Of a DNA stretch of 64,000 bases, positions 49,680 through 58,788 are shown piece after piece (the first letter of the stretch is position 1; each line of letters starts with the position of its first letter). The position numbers and the translations under genes are program-made. Where the stretch lies: the NCBI GenBank assembly GCA_038043385.1, contig JBBTCA010000001.1, positions 171,357-235,356 on the forward strand, read 5' to 3'. This DNA is from Pseudomonadota bacterium (GTDB lineage: Bacteria; Pseudomonadota; Gammaproteobacteria; Pseudomonadales; Moraxellaceae). The notes below the pieces were generated by a model. It saw nothing but the letters and a program-made list of their open reading frames with translations, searched no databases and was not told the DNA's origin.

Positions 49680-50630
49680 ATGAATAAAACGAATGACACA
49701 AACTGGCCCGGCCAGCCCGACTCCAGCCGCCCGGACATCAGCCGTCTCGACCTCAATCTCTTCCGCGTCTTCGACACCATCTACCGCGAGCGCAACCTCA
49801 CGCGCGCCGCCGAGATACTGTGCCTGAGTCAGTCCGCTGTCAGTCATGCCATTGGTCGCCTGCGCACGCAGCTCGGCGACCCGCTGTTCGTGCGCGAAGG
49901 GCAGGGCGTGGTGCCGACGCCGCTGGCGGATCGCCTGTGGCCGGATATCCAGGAGGCGCTGGCGCTGTTCCGCCAGGCTGTGCATCGCAGCCAGGTCTTC
50001 GAGCCGGCGCGCGACATCGCGCAGATCACGCTGGCGATGAACGACGAGCTGGAGCCGAGCATCCTGCCCGTGCTGGTGCGGGCCTTGCGCGCGGCGGTGC
50101 CGGCGTTGCGCATCGCCAGTGTGCGGCTGGACCGCGCCAGCCTGCGCGCCGACCTCGCCGCCGGGCGGCTCGATTGCGCCATCGACATCGCGCAGCCGGT
50201 ATCGCCAGACCTCTGTCATGCCCTGTTATTGCAGGATGACTTCGTGGTGGTCAGCCGCGCCTCGCCCAAAGCGCCGCGCAAACTTGATGCCAAGGCCTAT
50301 CTCGCCGCGCAGCATGTGACCGTGTCATCGCGCCGTACCGGTCGTGCCGTGGAGGATCTGGGCCTGGCGCGGCTGGGGCTGGAACGGCAGGTGGTGATGC
50401 GCTGTCAGCACTACGAGGCCGCGTGCCGGATTGTGGCGGAGACGGATCTACTGCTGACCATGCCCCGGCGGCAGGCCGAGGCTATTAATGCGGCAGTGGG
50501 TAATGCCGTGCTGGAACTGCCGGTGCAGCTGCCGGGCGTGGAGCTGCATTTGTACTGGCATCGACAGCGCGAGGCGGATCCGGCTAATCAGTGGTTGCGG
50601 GAGCGGGTGATGGCCGGGGTGCGTGGCTGA
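49680..50630 (+). CDS. LysR family transcriptional regulator
   Basis: LDLNLFRVFDTIYRERNLTRAAEILCLSQSAVSHAIGRLR HTH; LAAGRLDCAID. Confidence 0.94.
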   Translation: MNKTNDTNWPGQPDSSRPDISRLDLNLFRVFDTIYRERNLTRAAEILCLSQSAVSHAIGRLRTQLGDPLFVREGQGVVPTPLADRLWPDIQEALALFRQAVHRSQVFEPARDIAQITLAMNDELEPSILPVLVRALRAAVPALRIASVRLDRASLRADLAAGRLDCAIDIAQPVSPDLCHALLLQDDFVVVSRASPKAPRKLDAKAYLAAQHVTVSSRRTGRAVEDLGLARLGLERQVVMRCQHYEAACRIVAETDLLLTMPRRQAEAINAAVGNAVLELPVQLPGVELHLYWHRQREADPANQWLRERVMAGVRG

Positions 50631-51663
50631 GCCGCGCCGCACTCGGCGTCATCCCCGTTCTTGACCTGAACGCCCGCGTGAAATTCGCCGGATCTTCATA
50701 GCCCAGCAGCTGCGCGATCTGGCGGATCTCCAGCTCCGGTTGTGCCAGCAGCGCCAGCGCATCGCGCGCCCGAGCCGCATCCAGCAACGCCTGATAGCCA
50801 CTGCCCTCGGCTGCGAGCCGGCGTCGCAGCGTGCGCAACGACAGATGCAGCCGATCCGCCAGCTCGTCCGGGCCGGGATAGCCGCGTCCGGTCAGGGCCA
50901 TTTCGGCCTGGGCGCGGGCGAGCAGCGGCTGGCGAGCGGCATCATCGCCCCATAACGCCATTTCGCGAGCACACAGCGCCAGCGCCTGCTGACGCGCCTC
51001 GGGGTTGCCGGTAGACAGCGGCTTGTCGAACAGCGCCTTGTTCAGCACCGAAACGGTATTTTCGGCCTGACCATAGCGCAGTACGGGTAGCCGCTCGCGA
51101 TAGCGACCGTGATGTGCCGGTTCGGGCATGACAAAGCCGATTTCGCCGGGAAAGACAGGTGTGCCGAGTAAAAACTGCACGCCCTGGCAGAAGCTGACCA
51201 GCATGGCTTCCGTCAGCACCTGCGCCAGCGCAGGCGGCAGCACAAGCTCGCCGTGAAAATCAAAGCGTAGCGTGGTGTCGGTTTCTGTCCAGCCGAATCG
51301 CAGACCGCGACCGCGCAAGCCCCAGTATTGCTGCAGCGTGTCCAGCGCTTCACGCGGATGGCTGGCGCAAATTAGTGCATAACCGAGGTTGCCATGGGCA
51401 GTCAGCGGCAGGCGCAGCCCGACCTCCATGCCCATGTCGTCCATGCTCCCGGTGGCCAGCAGCGCGGTGAGAAAGCGAAGGAAGTTGGCCAGACTGATAC
51501 GCGCGCCGGGTGTGGCCAGCTGGGCTGCATCCAGGCCGGCGGCGGCGAGCAGCGTTGTCGTATCCAGCCCGCGCGCTTCGGCCAGCGCCAGGTATTGCGC
51601 GGGATAGGTCACCGGCGTGTTGAGCTGTTCAGCCCAAGCGGGATAGTCTGTTGCTGCACGCAT
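50584..51663 (-). CDS. AraC family regulator (OruR/ArgR-like ligand domain)
   Basis: AHGNLGYALIC; LSLRTLRRRL...IAQLLGYEDPANFTRAFR. Confidence 0.88.
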   Translation of the reverse strand: MRAATDYPAWAEQLNTPVTYPAQYLALAEARGLDTTTLLAAAGLDAAQLATPGARISLANFLRFLTALLATGSMDDMGMEVGLRLPLTAHGNLGYALICASHPREALDTLQQYWGLRGRGLRFGWTETDTTLRFDFHGELVLPPALAQVLTEAMLVSFCQGVQFLLGTPVFPGEIGFVMPEPAHHGRYRERLPVLRYGQAENTVSVLNKALFDKPLSTGNPEARQQALALCAREMALWGDDAARQPLLARAQAEMALTGRGYPGPDELADRLHLSLRTLRRRLAAEGSGYQALLDAARARDALALLAQPELEIRQIAQLLGYEDPANFTRAFRSRTGMTPSAARLSHAPRPSPAPATTD

Positions 51664-51771
51664 GCAGTGGTCACCAATGACAAGCAGAATGTCCGCGCAG
51701 CATCTCACGAGGGCTGCGAGCGTGCCAGTACCATGCAGTCACATTACCAGCGCATGCCTCAGGAGTTTGCC

Positions 51772-52623
51772 ATGACCGCCGCCGCCCGCATTCCCAGCCA
51801 TATTTCCCAGAAACCCCGCCACGATCTGAAAGTCCGTCATATGGATTTCAGCTTCGACCAGAGCATCCCGACCTGGTGGTACGACAACGACCCGTTCAAG
51901 ACGCTGCTGCTCAGCGCGCTGTCGGGCGGCTTTCCCGAGGGCGAGCGATTCTTCATCGAGTCGGTGCGCCACTATCGCGACCGCATTACCGATCCGGCGC
52001 TGCAAGAGGCGATCCGCGCCTTCATCGGCCAGGAGGGGCATCACTCGCGTGAGCACAAGTCGCTGAATGACTTCTTCGTGGCGCGCGGGCTGCCGGTGGA
52101 TGTGATTGACCGCAATGTCGGTGCGTTCATGCGCTGGATGCGCAAGAACCTGTCGCCCGAGCGCCAGCTCGCACACACGGTGGCGGTCGAGCATTTCACG
52201 GCCATTCTGTCGGAGGGTTTCATGCTCGACGAGGCCGAGCTGGGCAAGATGGATGAGCGCATGGCGAAGATCTGGGCCTGGCATGCGGTCGAGGAGACTG
52301 AGCACAAGGCGGTGGCCTTCGATGTGTACAAGGCCACGGTCAATAACGAGTGGATTCGCGTGTCTGAAATGGCGCTGGTGACGCTGCTGTTTGGCGGATT
52401 CACGGCTGTCGATCACTTCCGCCTGATGCGCAGCGTCGGCAAGGCCGGTGATGTGAAGATGTGGCTGCGTGGGATGAACGAGCTGTGGGGCGTGCCGGGT
52501 CGCTTCCGTAAGATGCTGCCGGCCTATCTCGACTTCTATCGCCGCGATTTCCACCCCAGTCAGCACGATGCCAGCGAGCAGCTGGCGCGCGTCAAAGCGC
52601 GCTATCTGGGCGACAAGGCCTGA
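51772..52623 (+). CDS. 'metal-dependent hydrolase' family protein (paralog of 15070-15996)
   Basis: FPEGERFFIESVR, FIGQEGHH, VEHFTA, WHAVEETEHKAVAFDVY; AGGAG RBS. Confidence 0.85.
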   Translation: MTAAARIPSHISQKPRHDLKVRHMDFSFDQSIPTWWYDNDPFKTLLLSALSGGFPEGERFFIESVRHYRDRITDPALQEAIRAFIGQEGHHSREHKSLNDFFVARGLPVDVIDRNVGAFMRWMRKNLSPERQLAHTVAVEHFTAILSEGFMLDEAELGKMDERMAKIWAWHAVEETEHKAVAFDVYKATVNNEWIRVSEMALVTLLFGGFTAVDHFRLMRSVGKAGDVKMWLRGMNELWGVPGRFRKMLPAYLDFYRRDFHPSQHDASEQLARVKARYLGDKA

Positions 52624-52626
52624 CGC

Positions 52627-53028
52627 TCAATCCAGCAAAAAGTGCGCTCTTGCCACGGCCACCGGCTTGTCCGGCGATTCCTGCCAGACCGAGACCTGCA
52701 CATTGGCGATTTGCTGGCCGTGCTTGGTCACGCTGCACGCGGCGTGCAGTTCGCGCGCCAGGCCGGGGCGCAGGTAGTCGATGGAGAAATCCACCGTGCG
52801 TGGCACCGTGTTGCTTTCGCGCACCCACAGCAGGTGCATGATCGCGACCATCTCCATGAAGCCGCCAATCAGGCCGCCATGCAGTGCCGGCAGCTGATCG
52901 TTGCCGATGTTGTCGGGGTGAAATGGCAGCGAGAAGCGCAGTTCGCCATCCACCTCGGTCAGCTGCATGCCGATTTGGCGGGCGTAGGGCGAGTAATCCA
53001 GCAGGTTATCCACGGTAAGGGTGCTCAT
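52627..53028 (-). CDS. PaaI family hotdog thioesterase
   Basis: IGNDQLPALHGGLIGGFME, TVDFSIDYLRP. Confidence 0.85.
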   Translation of the reverse strand: MSTLTVDNLLDYSPYARQIGMQLTEVDGELRFSLPFHPDNIGNDQLPALHGGLIGGFMEMVAIMHLLWVRESNTVPRTVDFSIDYLRPGLARELHAACSVTKHGQQIANVQVSVWQESPDKPVAVARAHFLLD

Positions 53029-53504
53029 GCCTGCGCTCCGGTAATAACGGCTTCGCCCTTGTGGCTCTTGCGCCGCATGAAGGTGGCCACGCCATAGGCG
53101 ACCGGTTGCGGGTTGCCGTCTTGATACGCGGTGGCGCGGGTGAAGGCGATTTCGCGGCCCATGCGATAGCACTCGGCCGTGCAGTACACCTTCAATCCGG
53201 GCGTGGCCGGGCGCAGGTAGTCGATGCGCAGATCCAGCGTTGGGTAGCCGCTGGCTTCTTCCAGCAGCGAGAAGATGCTCAGCGCGCTGGTGTTGTCGAT
53301 CAGTGTGGTGATGACGCCGCCGTGCAGCACGCCGGTGCGGCTGTCGCCGATCAGGCGCTCCTGATATGGCAGGCACATGGTGGCGCGGCCGCGCTCGGCC
53401 TGCACGAATTCGATTTGCAGGATGCGGCTGTGCGGAATCCGGCACAGCCACTGCGCGACCTCGTTGAAAAGCGCAGGGTTTCTTACGGGCAGGGGCAGGC
53501 TCAT
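53025..53504 (-). CDS. PaaI family hotdog thioesterase
   Basis: GVLHGGVITTLID, TLDLRIDYLRPA; stop overlaps the next start. Confidence 0.85.
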   Translation of the reverse strand: MSLPLPVRNPALFNEVAQWLCRIPHSRILQIEFVQAERGRATMCLPYQERLIGDSRTGVLHGGVITTLIDNTSALSIFSLLEEASGYPTLDLRIDYLRPATPGLKVYCTAECYRMGREIAFTRATAYQDGNPQPVAYGVATFMRRKSHKGEAVITGAQA

Positions 53505-53606
53505 GGCGTCTCCACATTTCATTCAAGGTCGCCATGATAAAGCGTGCGCGGCCATTTTCTCCGCTATTATCGCGCCATTCAGAAATACAGAACTGAGGAG
53601 TCACGC

Positions 53607-54953
53607 ATGCCGGAACTGTCGCCAAATCAGCGGAAACGCGCATTATTGCAGGCGTTGCCGCAGTCACCGGGCTTGCCGCTGCTGGGCAATACGCTGGCCT
53701 CTTTGCGAGACCCCGGCGGCTTGATGTTGCAGCTGGCAACCACTCACGGCCCAGTAGTGCGCACGCGTTTTTTCGGTGAAGACACCGTGGTGCTGCTCGG
53801 TCCCGAGGCCAATCAGCAAGTCTTTCGCAACGAGGGCGATACTTTCTCCAGCGCGCAAGGTTGGGCGTTCTATATTGGCCGCTTCTTTCATCGCGGGCTC
53901 ATGCTGCTCGACTTCGATGAGCATCGCTTTCATCGCGGCATCATGCAGGGCGCTTTCAAGAAGCCGTATCTGGTGCAGTACCTGGCGGGCATGAATCCGG
54001 TCATCGCGCGGGGTTTGAAGCGCTGGCGGCCCAGTTCGCGCTTCATGGTGTATCCGCAGTTGAAGCAGCTGACGCTGGATATTGCCACCGAGGTGTTCAT
54101 GGGCGAGCAGCTCGGGCCGGAGGCGGATCGCATCAATCGCGCTTTTGTGGATTGCGTGCTGGCGGGGTCGGCGGTGGTGCGCTATCCGGTGCCGGGCCTG
54201 CGCTGGCAGCGCGGTATTGCGGGACGGCAAGTGCTGGAGGCGTTCTTCCGCGAGCGTATCGCCAGCAAGCGCGCACAACCGGGCGATGACCTGTTCTCGC
54301 GCCTGTGCCAGGCTGAAGACGAGCAGGGCCAGCGCTTTTCCGATGACGATGTGATTAACCACATGATTTTCCTGATGATGGCGGCGCACGACACCACCAC
54401 CATCACGCTGTCGTCGGTGATGTACTTCCTGGCGCGGCATCCCGAGTGGCAGGCTCGAGTGCGCGAAGAGGCGCTGAGCATCGGCCGTGATGCCTTGCAG
54501 CATGAGGATCTGGCGAAACTGACGGTGATGGATCAGGTCATGAAGGAAAGCCTGCGCCTGATCTCGCCGGTGCATGTGCTGCCGCGACGCACCGTCAAGG
54601 AGGTCGAGGTGGCGGGGCATGTGTTGCCGGCGGATACGGCCATTGTCATCGCGCCGCTGGCGACGCATCACATGACTGACTGGTGGACGGCGCCCGAGCA
54701 TTTTGATCCGGAGCGTTTCAGCGCCGAGCGTCAGGAGCACAAGCGCCATCCGGGCCAGTTTGTGCCCTTTGGCGGCGGCGCGCACATGTGCATCGGCCTG
54801 CATTTTGGCGACATGGAAGTGAAGGCGCTGCTGCATCAGCTGGTGTTGCAGTTTGCCTGGCAGGTGCCGGCGAATTACACGATGGCGGTGAATTTCACCA
54901 GCCTGCCGCGCCCTGCGGATCATCTGCCGGTGTCGTTGATGCGGATTGCGTAG
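53607..54953 (+). CDS. cytochrome P450 (CYP136-like)
   Basis: I-helix MAAHDTT, KESLR (ExxR), FDPERF, heme motif FGGGAHMCIG; GAGGAG RBS. Confidence 0.94.
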   Translation: MPELSPNQRKRALLQALPQSPGLPLLGNTLASLRDPGGLMLQLATTHGPVVRTRFFGEDTVVLLGPEANQQVFRNEGDTFSSAQGWAFYIGRFFHRGLMLLDFDEHRFHRGIMQGAFKKPYLVQYLAGMNPVIARGLKRWRPSSRFMVYPQLKQLTLDIATEVFMGEQLGPEADRINRAFVDCVLAGSAVVRYPVPGLRWQRGIAGRQVLEAFFRERIASKRAQPGDDLFSRLCQAEDEQGQRFSDDDVINHMIFLMMAAHDTTTITLSSVMYFLARHPEWQARVREEALSIGRDALQHEDLAKLTVMDQVMKESLRLISPVHVLPRRTVKEVEVAGHVLPADTAIVIAPLATHHMTDWWTAPEHFDPERFSAERQEHKRHPGQFVPFGGGAHMCIGLHFGDMEVKALLHQLVLQFAWQVPANYTMAVNFTSLPRPADHLPVSLMRIA

Positions 54954-55092
54954 TGGCCCATTCGGGCTTTCGCGACGATTTTTCAGGTCGTGCATGGCGA
55001 ATGCCAAGGCTGTGTCCTATAACTGTTGTGATTGGTGGTTGATCTGCCCTGATTCAGGGCGCAAAATAACCCAAGCAGAATAGGTTTTAGAG

Positions 55093-55341
55093 ATGCCGAC
55101 GGTACTGATGGTTTTCGGCCTGCGTGTGATCATTTATCCGAATGATCATCGTCCGGCGCATGTTCATGTTGCTGGTAATGGCTGTGAGGCGGTTTTCCAG
55201 TTGCATTGCCTCGAAGGGCAGCCTGAACTGCGTGAAAATTACGGTTTTTCCAAGAAGGATCTCATGAGAGTCATGCGTGAACTTGCCGCCAGCCTGGCGA
55301 GCTTGTGCCAGCACTGGAGACAAATACATGGAAATTACTGA
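55093..55341 (+). CDS. DUF4160 family protein (putative toxin)
   Basis: MPTV...GLRVIIYPNDHRPAHVHV. Confidence 0.8.
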   Translation: MPTVLMVFGLRVIIYPNDHRPAHVHVAGNGCEAVFQLHCLEGQPELRENYGFSKKDLMRVMRELAASLASLCQHWRQIHGNY

Positions 55342-55750
55342 CAAGACATTGGCGGTCGCCAATCGACGCGGTGTCGTGAAAAAAGCCAATTTCCCGGCAG
55401 TAGTTTCCGTGCGCTATGACCGGCGCGTGGCGCGAGTGGTGGTGGCATTGGCCACGGGTATCGAGCTGGCATTCTCTCCTCGGCAGGTGCAGGGCTTGGA
55501 GCATGCGCATCCGGCGGATCTCATGGATGCCGAAATTTCGCCGTCAGGTCTGGGTGTGCATTTTCCACGGATTGATGCGGATATTTATTTGCCTGCACTA
55601 TTGGAAGGATTTCTGGGCTCTAAGCGCTGGATGGCAGCCGAGCTGGGCAAGCGCGGAGGTGCTGTCTCTAGCGATGCCAAGGCTGCTGCGGCGCGTGCGA
55701 ATGGCAAGCTGGGTGGCCGACCCAGAAAAGACAAAGGGCTGGCGGCCTGA
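55328..55750 (+). CDS. DUF2442 family protein (putative antitoxin)
   Basis: EISPSGLGVHFPRIDADIYLPAL, basic C-tail AARANGKLGGRPRK; overlaps the DUF4160 stop. Confidence 0.8.
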   Translation: MEITDKTLAVANRRGVVKKANFPAVVSVRYDRRVARVVVALATGIELAFSPRQVQGLEHAHPADLMDAEISPSGLGVHFPRIDADIYLPALLEGFLGSKRWMAAELGKRGGAVSSDAKAAAARANGKLGGRPRKDKGLAA

Positions 55751-55837
55751 AATTCCGACGCACCTACTGGCAATAACGCCGCCCTCGGCGCTATTGTTCG
55801 GATGCTCAATTTTCCTCGATCACTCAGGTAGCACGCC

Positions 55838-56263
55838 ATGCTAGAACACAGTCCTATCCTCGCCCCCGTCATTGCCCTCGTGGTCTGGTCGCACATCATG
55901 TGGGGCTGGATGTATCTGACCCGCATTCCCGCCATCAGCCGGATGCGCATGAAGCTGGATTCGTTTGCGCCGCGTGGCGAGCAGATGAGCACGCTGCCGG
56001 CGCAGGTGCGCTGGAAGGCCGACAACTATAACCATCTCATGGAGCAGCCGACGCTGTTCTACGCCGTGGCGCTGGTGCTGGCGCTGGTCGGGCAGGGCGC
56101 GGGCAATAGCCTGACGCTGGCCTGGGCCTATGTCGGCCTGCGCGTGGCGCACAGTCTGGTGCAGTCACTGATCAATAAGATCGAAGTCCGCTTTGCCCTA
56201 TTCTTTCTATCGTCGCTGGTGCTGATCGCCCTCACCGTGAATGCCGCGAGGGTCGTGCTATGA
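55838..56263 (+). CDS. MAPEG family membrane protein
   Basis: 4 TM segments, ADNYNHLMEQPTLFY, LRVAHS. Confidence 0.85.
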   Translation: MLEHSPILAPVIALVVWSHIMWGWMYLTRIPAISRMRMKLDSFAPRGEQMSTLPAQVRWKADNYNHLMEQPTLFYAVALVLALVGQGAGNSLTLAWAYVGLRVAHSLVQSLINKIEVRFALFFLSSLVLIALTVNAARVVL

Positions 56264-56943
56264 GCGTGGTTCTGCATCAGTGGGAAATCTCACCGTTCTG
56301 CCAGAAAGTGGCGCGAGCCTTGCGGCACAAGGGCATCGCCTTCGAGGCAGTGAATTACAACGGCGTGCTGGCGACCAAGGTTCAGGGCCTGAGCAAGGTC
56401 GGCAAGGTGCCCGTGTTAGACATCGATGGCCACCGCATCCAAGACAGCACCCGCATCGCGCGCTATCTGGACGATGCCTATCCGCAGCTGCCACGGCTGT
56501 ATCCGCAAGACCCAGCGCTGAAGGCGCAGGTAGAGCTTTGGGAAGACTGGGCCGATGAGCTGCTGTATTTCTACGAAGTCTATTTCCGCGCCAAAGACCC
56601 TGTGGCGCTGAATGCGGCGGTGGATGTCGCGGTACAAGGCCGCCCCGGCTACGAACGCGCCATCCTCAAGCCGGTACTCAAGTCCAGCCTGCTGGCGATG
56701 CTGTACTTTCAGGGCCTGGGGCGCATGGCGGCGGCGGATGTCGAGGCCGAATTCATGCGTCATCTAGATCGTATCGAATCAGTTTTGCCGGCCACCGGCT
56801 GGCTGGTCGGGCCGGACAGAACCATTGCCGACATGGCCGTGGGTTCGCAGCTGGCCGAGGTGGTACGCACCAGCAAGCGTATGGGCCCGATGATCCTGAG
56901 CCGGCCGGCCACAGCGCGCTGGTTGCAGGCGCTGGATGCCTGA
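56260..56943 (+). CDS. glutathione S-transferase family protein
   Basis: ISPFCQKV, GKVPVL, QDSTRIARYLD, TIADMAV. Confidence 0.88.
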   Translation: MSVVLHQWEISPFCQKVARALRHKGIAFEAVNYNGVLATKVQGLSKVGKVPVLDIDGHRIQDSTRIARYLDDAYPQLPRLYPQDPALKAQVELWEDWADELLYFYEVYFRAKDPVALNAAVDVAVQGRPGYERAILKPVLKSSLLAMLYFQGLGRMAAADVEAEFMRHLDRIESVLPATGWLVGPDRTIADMAVGSQLAEVVRTSKRMGPMILSRPATARWLQALDA

Positions 56944-57057
56944 GATGAGCCTCTTGAGGCTGCAGGTCTGATTTATGCTGCATTGTCATGAAATTGAAAC
57001 AGTAATCTGATTCAAGTTTGACTAGACTCACAGCCATCTCATTACCTGCAGAGCAAG

Positions 57058-57711
57058 ATGGCCAAGTTCATTTCCGTGGCGCAACTCAAGGGCGGCGCCG
57101 GAAAAAGCACAATCGTGACAAACCTAGTAGGCGCCTTGTCGCGAGAGTTTCGAACCGGCCTGATTGATGCCGACTTGCCGCAGGCCACATCCGCACGCTG
57201 GGCGAGTTTGCGGCAGGCCGCTGGCGATGAGTTTCCGGACATCACCGTGGCATTGGCCGATACCGTGGCCGATCTGGCGCGCGAGGCCGAGCGCCTTGAA
57301 GACCTCTGCGATGTGGTGGTCATCGATCTGCCGCCGCGCAGCCTGAAGTTCCTCCGTGAAATCATGCCCTACACCGATCTGGTGGTGATGCCGCTGTCGG
57401 CGTCGCCGGCGGATGTCTGGTCTACCGAACAGCTCATGGATGCCGTGCGCGAGGGCAAGAAAACCAGCAAGCGCCTGAAGGCCAGACTGGTGTGGAACCG
57501 TCTGCGGGCCAGCAAGGCCACCAGCCTGTTTCTGGCCGAAGCCGGGGAGGCTCTGCGCGCCAAAGAGCTGGAGTCGCATCTCGCCAGTCGCACAGCCTAT
57601 GTGGAAGCGCTGGGGCGCGGCCTGACCGTGCTGGAGTGGTCTGACCCGAAAGCGCGTGCCGAGTTCGAGCTTTTCTGCAACGAAGTGAAGGCGCAGATCA
57701 AGCTGGTCTGA
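57058..57711 (+). CDS. ParA/MinD-family ATPase (short, ParF-like, orphan)
   Basis: Deviant Walker A LKGGAGKST, IDADLPQ, VIDLPP. Confidence 0.85.
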   Translation: MAKFISVAQLKGGAGKSTIVTNLVGALSREFRTGLIDADLPQATSARWASLRQAAGDEFPDITVALADTVADLAREAERLEDLCDVVVIDLPPRSLKFLREIMPYTDLVVMPLSASPADVWSTEQLMDAVREGKKTSKRLKARLVWNRLRASKATSLFLAEAGEALRAKELESHLASRTAYVEALGRGLTVLEWSDPKARAEFELFCNEVKAQIKLV

Positions 57712-57716
57712 ACTCT

Positions 57717-57740
57717 AGTGCTGACTTGAGTGCTGACTTG
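57717..57740 (+). repeat. 12-bp tandem duplication
   Basis: AGTGCTGACTTG x2 immediately after the parA stop. Confidence 0.8.
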
Positions 57741-57790
57741 CCGGTCAGCGAGTCGTATGCTCTGGTCTTTGTCGCCGTTATCCATCGGCG

Positions 57791-58786
57791 TTGTCTGGAG
57801 TGTGTCTTTTGTCCCTGTCTGCCCCGCAAGCGCTAGAGCGCGAATTCATCATTGAAGTAGCACCGGTCTATCTCGCCAAGGCGCGTCCGCCCAAGCCCGA
57901 GCGCGTTGCGAGCTGGCGTTCGCGCAGCCTGCTGCCATTGCTTAATCGCCTGCACAGCCCGGTCACCGGTCTGGTGCAACAGCATATGCGGGTGGATGGT
58001 CATCGCATGGTCTGGCTGGAGGGCGGTAATCGTCTCGGCGAGCCGGTCGTGCTGCTGCATGGCTTCGGTGCCAGCAAGGAAAACTGGCTGCCGCTGCTGC
58101 CATTTCTGGCGAAACGCTATCACCTGTTCATACCGGATCTGCCGGCCTGGGGCGAAAGCCAGTTCAATCCCGAGGCGCGATACGGCATGGATGAGCAGGT
58201 GGCTCGCGTCGCCGCCTGGCTGCCGGCGGCGGTGCGCGGCCCGGCGCATGTGGTCGGCAACTCCATGGGCGGCGGTGTGGCTGGGCTGCTGGCGGGGCGG
58301 CATCCACAGCTGGTGCGCTCACTGGTGCTGATGAATGCGGCCGGGGTTGCCGGCAAGGAGCACACGCCCTTCGAGCTGGGCTTGATGCAAGGTCGTAACG
58401 GGCTCATCGCGCATAACCTGAAAGGTGTTTTCGACTTGCTCGCCATGACCATGTCCAGCCGTGTTCTGGCTGCGTTGATGGCTCCGGCGATGTCCAGCGA
58501 CCTGATCTCGCGCCGGCATGTCAACGAGCATCTGTTTCGTCAGCTGCTGGCGCTGGACCCCGATCCGGCACTGCCGGCGTTCTCCAGCGTGCAGGTACCG
58601 ACGCTGGTGCTCTGGGGCCGCGATGATCATGTGCTGCATGTGAGCTGCACGGATGTGTTTCAAAAGCTGATTCCGCAGGCGCAGGTCAAAATTCTGGATC
58701 GTGTCGGGCACTTGCCGATGGTCGAGGTGCCGCGTGTGACGGCGCGGCTACTTCGCCGGCACTGGCGTCAAACCGGCAACCACTGA
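57791..58786 (+). CDS. alpha/beta hydrolase (lipase/esterase); start uncertain
   Basis: LLHGFG, GNSMGG nucleophile elbow, WGRDD, GHLPMVE. Confidence 0.88.
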   Translation: MSGVCLLSLSAPQALEREFIIEVAPVYLAKARPPKPERVASWRSRSLLPLLNRLHSPVTGLVQQHMRVDGHRMVWLEGGNRLGEPVVLLHGFGASKENWLPLLPFLAKRYHLFIPDLPAWGESQFNPEARYGMDEQVARVAAWLPAAVRGPAHVVGNSMGGGVAGLLAGRHPQLVRSLVLMNAAGVAGKEHTPFELGLMQGRNGLIAHNLKGVFDLLAMTMSSRVLAALMAPAMSSDLISRRHVNEHLFRQLLALDPDPALPAFSSVQVPTLVLWGRDDHVLHVSCTDVFQKLIPQAQVKILDRVGHLPMVEVPRVTARLLRRHWRQTGNH

Positions 58787-58788
58787 TC

